The translations under genes and the position numbers were made by a program. 64,000 bases of DNA, taken from the NCBI RefSeq assembly GCF_001677475.2, contig NZ_CP015229.1; one strand, given 5' to 3'. Positions 26,817 through 36,008 of the stretch are shown here, in pieces. Under the pieces are notes generated by a model. It saw only the letters and a list, made by a program, of their open reading frames with translations. It made no database searches and had not been told where the DNA came from. Source of the DNA: Escherichia coli. GTDB lineage: Bacteria > Pseudomonadota > Gammaproteobacteria > Enterobacterales > Enterobacteriaceae. Numbering within the stretch: position 1 is the stretch's first letter; the number at the start of each line of letters is the position of its first letter.

Positions 26817-27983
26817 ATGAACTTACATGAATATCAGGCAAAACAACTTTTTGCCCGCTATGGCTTACCAGCACCGGTGGGTTATGCCTGTACTACTCCG
26901 CGCGAAGCAGAAGAAGCCGCTTCAAAAATCGGTGCCGGTCCGTGGGTAGTGAAATGTCAGGTTCACGCTGGTGGCCGCGGTAAAGCGGGCGGTGTGAAAG
27001 TTGTAAACAGCAAAGAAGACATCCGTGCTTTTGCAGAAAACTGGCTGGGCAAGCGTCTGGTAACGTATCAAACAGATGCCAATGGCCAACCGGTTAACCA
27101 GATTCTGGTTGAAGCAGCGACCGATATCGCTAAAGAGCTGTATCTCGGTGCCGTTGTTGACCGTAGTTCCCGTCGCGTGGTCTTTATGGCCTCCACCGAA
27201 GGCGGCGTGGAAATCGAAAAAGTGGCGGAAGAAACTCCGCACCTGATCCACAAAGTTGCGCTTGATCCGCTGACTGGCCCGATGCCGTATCAGGGACGCG
27301 AGCTGGCGTTCAAACTGGGTCTGGAAGGTAAACTGGTTCAGCAGTTCACCAAAATCTTCATGGGCCTGGCGACAATTTTCCTGGAGCGCGACCTGGCGCT
27401 GATCGAAATCAACCCGCTGGTCATTACCAAACAGGGCGATCTGATTTGCCTCGACGGCAAACTGGGCGCTGATGGCAACGCACTGTTCCGCCAGCCTGAT
27501 CTGCGCGAAATGCGTGACCAGTCGCAGGAAGATCCACGTGAAGCACAGGCTGCACAGTGGGAACTGAACTACGTTGCGCTGGACGGTAACATCGGTTGTA
27601 TGGTTAACGGCGCAGGTCTGGCGATGGGTACGATGGACATCGTTAAACTGCACGGCGGCGAACCAGCTAACTTCCTTGACGTTGGCGGCGGCGCAACCAA
27701 AGAACGTGTAACCGAAGCGTTCAAAATCATCCTCTCTGACGACAAAGTGAAAGCCGTTCTGGTTAACATCTTCGGCGGTATCGTTCGTTGCGACCTGATC
27801 GCTGACGGTATCATCGGCGCGGTAGCGGAAGTGGGTGTTAACGTACCGGTCGTGGTACGTCTGGAAGGTAACAACGCCGAACTCGGCGCGAAGAAACTGG
27901 CTGACAGCGGCCTGAATATTATTGCAGCAAAAGGTCTGACGGATGCAGCTCAGCAGGTTGTTGCCGCAGTGGAGGGGAAATAA
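26817..27983 (+). CDS. sucC: succinyl-CoA synthetase beta subunit
   Basis: 388-aa ORF, ATP-grasp. Confidence 0.97.
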
Positions 27984-28852
27984 TGTCCATTTTAATTGAT
28001 AAAAACACCAAGGTTATCTGCCAGGGCTTTACCGGTAGCCAGGGGACTTTCCACTCAGAACAGGCCATTGCATACGGCACTAAAATGGTTGGCGGCGTAA
28101 CTCCAGGTAAAGGCGGCACCACCCACCTCGGCCTACCGGTGTTCAACACCGTGCGTGAAGCTGTTGCTGCTACTGGCGCTACCGCTTCTGTTATCTACGT
28201 ACCAGCACCGTTCTGCAAAGACTCCATTCTGGAAGCTATTGATGCAGGCATCAAACTGATTATCACCATCACTGAAGGCATCCCGACGCTGGATATGCTG
28301 ACCGTGAAGGTGAAACTGGATGAAGCGGGCGTTCGCATGATCGGCCCGAACTGCCCAGGCGTTATCACTCCGGGTGAATGCAAAATCGGTATCCAGCCTG
28401 GTCACATTCACAAACCGGGTAAAGTGGGTATCGTTTCCCGTTCCGGTACACTGACCTATGAAGCGGTGAAACAGACCACGGATTACGGTTTCGGTCAGTC
28501 GACCTGTGTTGGTATCGGCGGCGACCCGATCCCTGGCTCTAACTTTATCGACATTCTCGAAATGTTCGAAAAAGATCCGCAGACCGAAGCGATCGTGATG
28601 ATCGGTGAGATCGGCGGTAGCGCTGAAGAAGAAGCGGCTGCGTACATCAAAGAGCACGTTACCAAGCCAGTTGTAGGTTACATCGCTGGTGTGACTGCGC
28701 CGAAAGGCAAACGTATGGGCCACGCGGGTGCGATCATTGCCGGTGGGAAAGGGACTGCGGATGAGAAATTCGCTGCTCTGGAAGCCGCAGGCGTGAAAAC
28801 TGTTCGCAGCCTGGCGGATATCGGTGAAGCACTGAAAACTGTTCTGAAATAA
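27983..28852 (+). CDS. sucD: succinyl-CoA synthetase alpha subunit
   Basis: 289-aa ORF, 1-nt overlap with sucC. Confidence 0.97.
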
Positions 28853-28951
28853 ATATCTGTAATAAGAAATAGCCCTCGCCGCTTCCCTCTACAGGAATGG
28901 CGAAGGGCTGTCGGTTTCGACATGGTTGGCCATCGTATGATGGCCTTTTTT
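28853..28951 (+). ncRNA. sdhX: sucD 3'UTR-derived sRNA region (SdhX/RybD-like) ending in an intrinsic terminator
   Basis: Two hairpins (agccctcgcc...ggcgaagggct at 28871-28909; ggccatc...gatggcc plus T6 at 28928-28951) directly after sucD stop; position matches the known SdhX locus; sequence identity not verified. Confidence 0.5.
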
Positions 28952-30347
28952 ATGCCTTAAACGTTAACCACGGTCGAAATCTGACCGCTGGCTGAATTAA
29001 TCCGGCTTCTTGTTGAGCTTCGATAACCGGACCAATATCTTTATAAGCCGCTGGCGCTTCTTCAAGACGTCGTTCTTCGCGCAATGTGACGCATTGCCAC
29101 GGCAGCGTTGACTCTTCAGTCACGCGTGAGCGCATGGCCTGCCGACGCTGGCTGCGTCCTGCTCCGTGACTGCATGACCACAGCCACTCCGGGTTGCCGC
29201 AACCTACCGCAAGCCACGAATAATCGCCCATTGAACCAGGGATTAATGCCAGATCACCCACTCGTGCCGGTGTTGCGCCTTTGCGATGAATATTCATTTC
29301 ATGCTCGCGAAGGATGATGTTATGTGGCACATCCACCACCAGATGCGAATTGTCCTGATGAAAGAGATCGGCAAAACATACGCGCACCATTTCGGCAATT
29401 GTGACGCGATTTAACCATGCGTAACGCGCCGCCATCCCCATCGCTTGTAGATATTCCTCCGCCAGTCCACCGGTTAGACCATATAACTCGCTTTGTGGAT
29501 GTTTATGCCCGGCAGGCCAGGCGGCACGGGCGCGATCCATCCAGCGTCTTCCGACGTAAAAGCCAACATCTCGCGATCCACTGTGGATCATCACCACAAT
29601 ATCGCCTGTTTTCAGCCCTTGTTGCCAGGCTACATGGCGATCAACCACGCTATCAACGACCTGAAGTTCAATAAAATGATTACCTGAACCCGGCGTACCC
29701 AGACAAGGATCGCGGAGTAATGCGCGGTCCGTTGCCAGCAGGGCGGGTGGGGCATAACGCGAATGACTGTTATGCTCGTTAAGCCCAATGCAGCGGTCAA
29801 TCTCTTGTACCATTCGGGGGATATTCGTGCGTGTCCAGAGACCTGCTGATGGCAAGGTCGACACGCAATCTGCCGGTCCGTCATCAAAAAGCGCGGTGAA
29901 CGCCTGTGCGGATAACGGAACATCGCGCTCATTTTGCAGTAGCACTTGCGTTAACCGCTGAGCGATGACGTCTTTATGCGCTTCGGCTTGCTCAAGTGTT
30001 AATCCGGTCGTCAGCAGCCGCATGCCACAAGAAATATCGGTGCCGATGGCGGCAGGAATGACTAAATCCGGCGTTGAGGCCACCACCGCGCCAACGGGGA
30101 CGCCATTGCCGGGATGAAAATCTGGCGTCGCGCACGTCTGGCGCACATAACCTGGGTGGTCTGGTAGCTTCACTTCTGCAAAATCAAGCAGTTGTGTTAC
30201 TGCTTTTTCTTCCAGCGGCAGTTCGTCCGGCAGCAGTACGCGGGCACTGGCACCTGATGGACGAGATAATGAAACAATATTGTTGGCGCGGGAAAGTTGG
30301 ATCCCTTTGCGCAGAAAGGCTTTATCAAGCCTTGAAAGATGATGCAT
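28950..30347 (-). CDS. RtcB-family RNA ligase paralog (3'-phosphate/5'-OH ligase family)
   Basis: 465-aa ORF with RtcB motifs aligned to E. coli RtcB from memory: PAAIGTDISCGM, GSGNHFIE, IHSGSRDVG, IPGSMG, SCSHGAGR, AYKDI. Confidence 0.85.
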   Translation of the reverse strand: MHHLSRLDKAFLRKGIQLSRANNIVSLSRPSGASARVLLPDELPLEEKAVTQLLDFAEVKLPDHPGYVRQTCATPDFHPGNGVPVGAVVASTPDLVIPAAIGTDISCGMRLLTTGLTLEQAEAHKDVIAQRLTQVLLQNERDVPLSAQAFTALFDDGPADCVSTLPSAGLWTRTNIPRMVQEIDRCIGLNEHNSHSRYAPPALLATDRALLRDPCLGTPGSGNHFIELQVVDSVVDRHVAWQQGLKTGDIVVMIHSGSRDVGFYVGRRWMDRARAAWPAGHKHPQSELYGLTGGLAEEYLQAMGMAARYAWLNRVTIAEMVRVCFADLFHQDNSHLVVDVPHNIILREHEMNIHRKGATPARVGDLALIPGSMGDYSWLAVGCGNPEWLWSCSHGAGRSQRRQAMRSRVTEESTLPWQCVTLREERRLEEAPAAYKDIGPVIEAQQEAGLIQPAVRFRPWLTFKA

Positions 30348-30938
30348 AACGCTGTCCTGAAATATAGACGTTAAACAACCCCCTGTATTGCGAGGGTAAT
30401 TTTGTCTTTCCGGTCAGCAGCCAGCAAAAGGGAAAGAAAACGCGCGTAGTGTATGTGGCGATAGCAAGTTTTACAAGTGGTAAATCTGGCTTATTGTTAA
30501 AGAGAAATTATCTTTAGCGAAGCCTTTTAAGGCCATGACTCATTCAATTTAACCGGACACAGAGATTATATAACATAGGGTATCTAAATTTATCATTGTA
30601 TACTTGTCATACTTCAAGTTGCATGTACTGCATCGATGTTCGCTCAGCCTGGCCACTTACTTATGTAAGCTTCTGGGAATTCATTATTTGTTGCCTTCCT
30701 GCAACTCGAGTTATTTAGAGTATATTTACACATATGAATAATATACTTACAATAATGTTTTTAAAGTATTGCATGCGGATAACTGAGGTGAAATTCCTGT
30801 TTTAGGATTATTGTCACTTTATTTTCCTGGTTGGACATATAGCTGACTGGTTTGTTTATTTGAATTATGATATTCATTAGTGCTACTGTTTTTTTATAAA
30901 ATAATTTTTTGAATTGTTATTTTTTCACGGAAGGCATT

Positions 30939-31844
30939 ATGCGAGGGAAAATACCTAAAACGGAACTGCTGGTGACTTTTGAGGTCGTCGCACGTCATGA
31001 AAGTTATACCAGAGCGGCAGAGGAGTTAGCGTTAACCCAAAGTGCAGTATTCAGACAAGTGAGTGCGCTGGAGGAATTTTTACATACTCCGTTATTTTCA
31101 CACTCTAAAAAACGTATTTTTCTTAATGATGCAGGGAAGTATTACCTGGGGATAGTAAAAGAAACATTAAATAAGCTGGAACGCGATACCAATACCATTA
31201 TGACCTGGCAACCTACAGTTAAGGTTATTGAACTTGCCGTGAATCCTACGTTTAGTACCCACTGGTTAATCCCAAATTTACATGAATTCACAAAGTTACA
31301 TCCCGATATTATTGTTAATATTCACTCTTTAGCTAATAACGGCGATTTTCTTAATCGGGAGTACGATGCTGTCATTATGCGCGAAAATTTTTGCGCGCCC
31401 TGGGCGGAAGTAGAATATCTCTTTGAAGAAGAGATTTTGCCGGTATGCAGCGGCAGTTTGCTTGCAATGTCCGATCAAAAACTGTCAGTGGCAGAACTGC
31501 TTACAGAGTTACCACTTCTGCATCAAAGTACCCGTATTACTGGCTGGGAAGAGTGGTTTGCTTTATCTGGCGTTAGCAGTCCGCTGGTCAATAACGGACC
31601 ACGTTTCGATTTGCTTTCAATGCTGATTGCCGCCGTGCGCTCTAATCTCGGCGTGGCGCTGTTACCACGGTTCGCTATTCAACATGATTTGGATAGTGGC
31701 GATATGGTGATTCCCTGTGATGTGCCTATTCGTACCGGTAATCGTTTTATTATGACGTGGCAGGAAGAGAAGTCTGACTCGCCGCACTTGCAGCAATTTC
31801 GTGAATGGTTGCTGGCGAAATCGGTCGTACCGCAGGAGATGTAA
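30939..31844 (+). CDS. LysR-family transcriptional regulator
   Basis: N-terminal HTH (LVTFEVVARHESYTRAAEELALTQSAVFRQVSALE), ~300 aa, GGAAGG Shine-Dalgarno before ATG at 30939; divergent from the RtcB paralog. Confidence 0.85.
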   Translation: MRGKIPKTELLVTFEVVARHESYTRAAEELALTQSAVFRQVSALEEFLHTPLFSHSKKRIFLNDAGKYYLGIVKETLNKLERDTNTIMTWQPTVKVIELAVNPTFSTHWLIPNLHEFTKLHPDIIVNIHSLANNGDFLNREYDAVIMRENFCAPWAEVEYLFEEEILPVCSGSLLAMSDQKLSVAELLTELPLLHQSTRITGWEEWFALSGVSSPLVNNGPRFDLLSMLIAAVRSNLGVALLPRFAIQHDLDSGDMVIPCDVPIRTGNRFIMTWQEEKSDSPHLQQFREWLLAKSVVPQEM

Positions 31845-31877
31845 AACCTGCGCCTGGCGGGATGCCAGGCGCAGTTA

Positions 31878-32480
31878 TTACCAGTCGATACCCGGCTGGG
31901 CCTGAATGCCGCTATCAAAAGCATGTTTGACGGGGCGGATTTCGCTGACCGTATCCGCCATTTTTAATATCTGACTGTGGCAACCGCGTCCGGTGACAAT
32001 GACACTTTGTTGTGCCGGGCGGTTTTGCAGAGAAGCGATCACTTCTTCGGTATCCAGATAATGGTAAGCCAGCATATAGGTGAGCTCATCAAGCACCACT
32101 AAGTCGTAACGCTTGTCAGCCAGCATCCGTTTGCTTTCCGACCAGACCTCTTTCGCCGCGTCGATATCCGCTTGTCGGTTCTGTGTTTCCCAGGTAAAAC
32201 CGGTTCCCATAATATGAAACTCAACCCCCAGCGGCTGGAGAAGGTTGTATTCGCCGTTGTCCCATTGCCCCTTGATGTACTGCGCAACCCCCACCGTTTT
32301 GCCATGACCCACCGCGCGCGTCACAGTACCAAACGCGGCAGTGGATTTCCCTTTGCCGTTGCCGGTGAAAACAATCAAGATCCCTTTTTTCTCTATCGCC
32401 GCCGCGACGCGCGTATCGACCTGTTCCTTCAATTTCTGCTGGCGCTGCACATGCCGTTCTGTTGAAATTCGCGCTTCCAT
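31878..32480 (-). CDS. ATP:cob(I)alamin adenosyltransferase, BtuR/CobA-type paralog
   Basis: 200-aa ORF closely resembling E. coli BtuR (VFTGNGKGKSTAAFG P-loop, VVLDELTYM, RPVKHAFD); last gene of the island operon. Confidence 0.85.
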   Translation of the reverse strand: MEARISTERHVQRQQKLKEQVDTRVAAAIEKKGILIVFTGNGKGKSTAAFGTVTRAVGHGKTVGVAQYIKGQWDNGEYNLLQPLGVEFHIMGTGFTWETQNRQADIDAAKEVWSESKRMLADKRYDLVVLDELTYMLAYHYLDTEEVIASLQNRPAQQSVIVTGRGCHSQILKMADTVSEIRPVKHAFDSGIQAQPGIDW

Positions 32481-32489
32481 TCATTTTCC

Positions 32490-34142
32490 TTAATGTCCCG
32501 CAGGGCAACTGGCGCAGCGGTGTTGCTGCTCAAACTGACTAAAGAAATTATTGCCTTTATCATCTACCAGGATGAATGCGGGCAGATTTTCCACTTCCAT
32601 CATCCACACCGCTTCCATACCCAGCTCCGGGTATTCAAGGCAACGCAGACTTTTGACATATTCTTGCGCCAGTAACGCAGCTGCACCGCCAATACTTCCC
32701 AGATTGAAGCCGCCATGTTTGTGACAGGCATCGGTGACCTGCTGGCTGCGGTTACCTTTCGATAACATCACCAGACTGCCGCCAGCCGCCTGGAAGGTAT
32801 CGACATAACCGTCCATTCGACCGCCCGTGGTTGGACCCAGTGAACCGCAGGCCATGTTCTCCGGTGTTTTCGCCGGGCCAGCGTAATAGACAATATGATG
32901 CTTCAGGTAATCCGGCATCGGTTCGGCGCTATCCAGCCGCGCTTTTATTTTGGCGTGGGCGATATCGCGTGCCACTACGATGGGACCACTTAACGACACG
33001 CGGGTGCCTACCGGTAATCTGGCGAGATCCTGCATCACGTCACGCAACGGACGGTTTAGATCCAGATGTACATGTTGCGCGTGATTTTCTTCCCGCAGTG
33101 AGGCTGGAATATATTGCCCCGGATTGTGTTCGAGTTTTTCCAGCCAGATACCGTGCTTGTTAATTTTTGCTTTGATATTGCGATCGGCAGAACAGGAGAG
33201 CGCCATAGCTATCGGACAAGAGCCACCGTGACGCGGCAGACGAATGACGCGAATATCATGAGCGAAATATTTACCCCCAAATTGCGCACCAATACCAAAT
33301 TGCTGACTGGCCTCGAGCAACACTTTTTCCAGCTCAATATCACGGAATGCTTGTCCCTGCTCGTTTCCGCTGGTGGGCAAATTGTCGTAATATTTCGTTG
33401 AGGCCAGCTTGGCAACTTTTAAGGTTTGATCGGCTGAAAGCCCTCCGACGACAAAGGCGATGTGGTAAGGCGGGCAGGCAGCGGTGCCCAGCGATTTCAT
33501 TTTTTCGATTAAAAATGCGGTCAGTTTTTCTGGTTGCAATAAGGATTTGGTTTCCTGATAAAGTGCGGCTTTATTGGCGGAGCCGCCCCCTTTATTAACA
33601 CAGAGAAAATGGTACTCATTACCAGCGACAGCGTTGATATCAATCTGCGCCGGGAGATTGGTTTGCGTATTGACTTCGGTATACATATCCAGCGGCGCAT
33701 TTTGTGAAAAGCGCAGATTATTTTCCTGGAAAGTGGTGTAAATGCCTTTGCTTAAGGCTTCAGCGTCGTTACCTCCGGTCCATATCTGTTGCCCTTTACT
33801 GGCAACAATAGTTGCGGTGCCGGTATCCTGACAGTTGGGTAATACCCCTTTTGCTGAGACTTCAGCATTACGTAATAACTGCAACGCAACGTATTTATCA
33901 TTACTACTGGCCTGCGGATCGTTAAGAATGCTGGCGACCTGTTGCAAATGAGCGGAACGTAAGAAAAAAGAAGCTTCATAAAATGCCTGCCGGGCAAGCA
34001 GCGTTAATGCTTCAGGTGCGATTTTTATCACTTCTTCGCCGTCTAATTCCGTTACTGTAATATGCTGATCGCTAATTAATGTATATTCTGTACCGTCTTT
34101 ATTTTGTAGAAATGGTTCTTGCCAGATAAATGGTTTGGACAT
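32490..34142 (-). CDS. fumD: class I fumarate hydratase homolog, probable mesaconase/fumarase (FumD-like)
   Basis: 550-aa ORF highly similar to FumA/FumB along its length ([39 protein letters not shown]); clustered with glutamate mutase and methylaspartase. Confidence 0.85.
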   Translation of the reverse strand: MSKPFIWQEPFLQNKDGTEYTLISDQHITVTELDGEEVIKIAPEALTLLARQAFYEASFFLRSAHLQQVASILNDPQASSNDKYVALQLLRNAEVSAKGVLPNCQDTGTATIVASKGQQIWTGGNDAEALSKGIYTTFQENNLRFSQNAPLDMYTEVNTQTNLPAQIDINAVAGNEYHFLCVNKGGGSANKAALYQETKSLLQPEKLTAFLIEKMKSLGTAACPPYHIAFVVGGLSADQTLKVAKLASTKYYDNLPTSGNEQGQAFRDIELEKVLLEASQQFGIGAQFGGKYFAHDIRVIRLPRHGGSCPIAMALSCSADRNIKAKINKHGIWLEKLEHNPGQYIPASLREENHAQHVHLDLNRPLRDVMQDLARLPVGTRVSLSGPIVVARDIAHAKIKARLDSAEPMPDYLKHHIVYYAGPAKTPENMACGSLGPTTGGRMDGYVDTFQAAGGSLVMLSKGNRSQQVTDACHKHGGFNLGSIGGAAALLAQEYVKSLRCLEYPELGMEAVWMMEVENLPAFILVDDKGNNFFSQFEQQHRCASCPAGH

Positions 34143-34249
34143 ATTTCACTTTTCACCTTAAACGTTAGTGTTACTTAATTGCCGTCTAACTTCATGATCC
34201 GGCTTATAAAAATGCATAGTCATTGGCTTCTGATTGCTTAAGATCCCCC

Positions 34250-35530
34250 TCAGGGCAGAGCAACGTTCGATTCATTGGGTTTTAATGCTTTACCCCGACA
34301 GCCCTCGCCGAAATGTTCGCCTTCCCACCGACTCACCATCGCAGCGCCCATTGCGTTGCTCATGACGTTTGTCGCGGAACGCCCCATATCAAGGAACGGA
34401 TCAACGCCCATCAGCAAGATCAGCCCCGCTTCCGGAATATTGAACTGGTTGAGCGTGGCGGCGATAACCACCATTGAAGCGCGTGGTACGCCAGCCATTC
34501 CTTTCGAGGTCAACATCAGGATCAACAGCATGGTGATTTGCTCACCGATGGATAAATGGATATTGCAGGCCTGGGCGATGAAAACTGTGGCGAAGGAGCA
34601 GTAGGCCATTGATCCAACGAGATTAAATGAGTAGCCAATGGGTAAGACAAAGCTGGCAATTTTGGGGGAAACGCCAAATTGCTCCAGTTTTTCAAGCGTT
34701 CCTGGAAAAGCCGCTTCAGAACTGGATGTGGTAAATGCCAGCAGGGCGGGTTCCGAAAGGGCGCGGGTCAGGCGTCTGATGCAGGGGCCGACATAAACGA
34801 TGGCCAGACCGATAAGCAGCACCCAAAGTAACAACATGGTGAAATAAAATTCACCCATAAAGATCCCGGCGCTCACCATAACTGCCAGTCCTCGTTCAGC
34901 AATCAATGCTGAAATAGCGGCGAATACGGTCAGGGGAGCGAAGAGCATGACGTAGCCAGTGAGCTTTAACATGGCATGTGCCAGCGAATCTAAGGCGTGA
35001 ACGATGGCGCTGCCTTTCTCGCCAATCGCCGTCAGGCTACAGCCGAGGAAAATTGAGAACACCACGATTTGCAAAATTTCATTGTGCGCCATGGCATCGA
35101 CAATGCTGGTGGGGAAAGCATGCGAAATAAATACTTTTAGCGTGAAGGGTTCTGACGCGACCACTCCAGTGGTTTCGGCACCGTGTGCAACAAAATTAAT
35201 TCCTGTACCTGGCATGAAGAAATTTACTGTTATTAAGCCTAAGGCAATTGACAGCAATGAGGCGCAAATAAATAAAAAGAGTGTTTTAGAAAAAATACGA
35301 CCAAGGGCTTTGGCATCGCCCATTTTAGCAATACCTACCACCAGGGTAGAGACCACTAACGGAGCGATAATCATTTTTATCAGTCGTAAGAAAATCGTCG
35401 TGAATATCGATATTTCTTGCGCATAGAGTTTTGCGGTTTCCGGTGAAGCAGTGTTATTGAGCACTACGCCGATAACCATTCCAAGTACCAGCGCCAAAAG
35501 AATCATCGTGGTTAAACTTATTTTCTTCAT
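34250..35530 (-). CDS. dicarboxylate/amino acid:cation symporter (DAACS family; GltP/DctA-like)
   Basis: Polytopic ORF with DAACS-type motifs; Met at 35530 preceded by GGAGG; substrate not inferable. Confidence 0.8.
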   Translation of the reverse strand: MKKISLTTMILLALVLGMVIGVVLNNTASPETAKLYAQEISIFTTIFLRLIKMIIAPLVVSTLVVGIAKMGDAKALGRIFSKTLFLFICASLLSIALGLITVNFFMPGTGINFVAHGAETTGVVASEPFTLKVFISHAFPTSIVDAMAHNEILQIVVFSIFLGCSLTAIGEKGSAIVHALDSLAHAMLKLTGYVMLFAPLTVFAAISALIAERGLAVMVSAGIFMGEFYFTMLLLWVLLIGLAIVYVGPCIRRLTRALSEPALLAFTTSSSEAAFPGTLEKLEQFGVSPKIASFVLPIGYSFNLVGSMAYCSFATVFIAQACNIHLSIGEQITMLLILMLTSKGMAGVPRASMVVIAATLNQFNIPEAGLILLMGVDPFLDMGRSATNVMSNAMGAAMVSRWEGEHFGEGCRGKALKPNESNVALP

Positions 35531-35575
35531 TTTTTCCTCCATCAGGTGCACGGCGATAAATCAGAATCAGGAGAA

Positions 35576-35607
35576 GTAGATGCCTGAATAGAGATTCAGG
35601 CATCTAC
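35576..35607 (-). other. intercistronic perfect hairpin (14-bp stem, 4-nt loop)
   Basis: gtagatgcctgaat-agag-attcaggcatctac between the small coupled gene and the transporter gene. Confidence 0.5.
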
Positions 35608-35690
35608 CTGCTATTACAACCTTACAAATAGCTGAAGTGTTGAACTGCAATAAGTGACGGGATGTCAGTTGGCTAAAAGTGTTCGGATTT

Positions 35691-36008
35691 TTACAAATCG
35701 AAACTCATATTTAATAAAGGTGCATGTTGCTGTGCACCATAGACATCATTGTCACCTACATTCCCGGAGATAATATCTCGTGGCATGACGATTTTTACTG
35801 CGTTAGAAGGATCAAACCAGACAATACGATGAATAAAGTCAGGTTCAACATGATATAAGCGCGCAATCAGTTCTGGGGTTAATTGCCCTGATGATTTAAC
35901 TCGCTCATAGTTTTCTTTGGTTTTAAATAAAATATCTAAAACCAGTTCGTAAGGTCCGGCATTTTTCGAACGAATGACTTGCGCCAGTGAGACAATTGAC
36001 TGTTTCAT
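35691..36008 (-). CDS. uncharacterized small protein, partner of the upstream 456-aa protein (possibly DUF4387-like; unverified)
   Basis: 105-aa ORF overlapping the upstream gene by 4 bp; no motif I can assign. Confidence 0.55.
   Translation of the reverse strand: MKQSIVSLAQVIRSKNAGPYELVLDILFKTKENYERVKSSGQLTPELIARLYHVEPDFIHRIVWFDPSNAVKIVMPRDIISGNVGDNDVYGAQQHAPLLNMSFDL

Noticed and set aside
28853-28950. A release factor (prfH-like) gene next to the RtcB paralog
   Set aside because: Looked for one because RtcB2 paralogs are often coupled to PrfH; no ORF of that kind fits between the RtcB gene and sucD, or in the 590-bp region on its other side.
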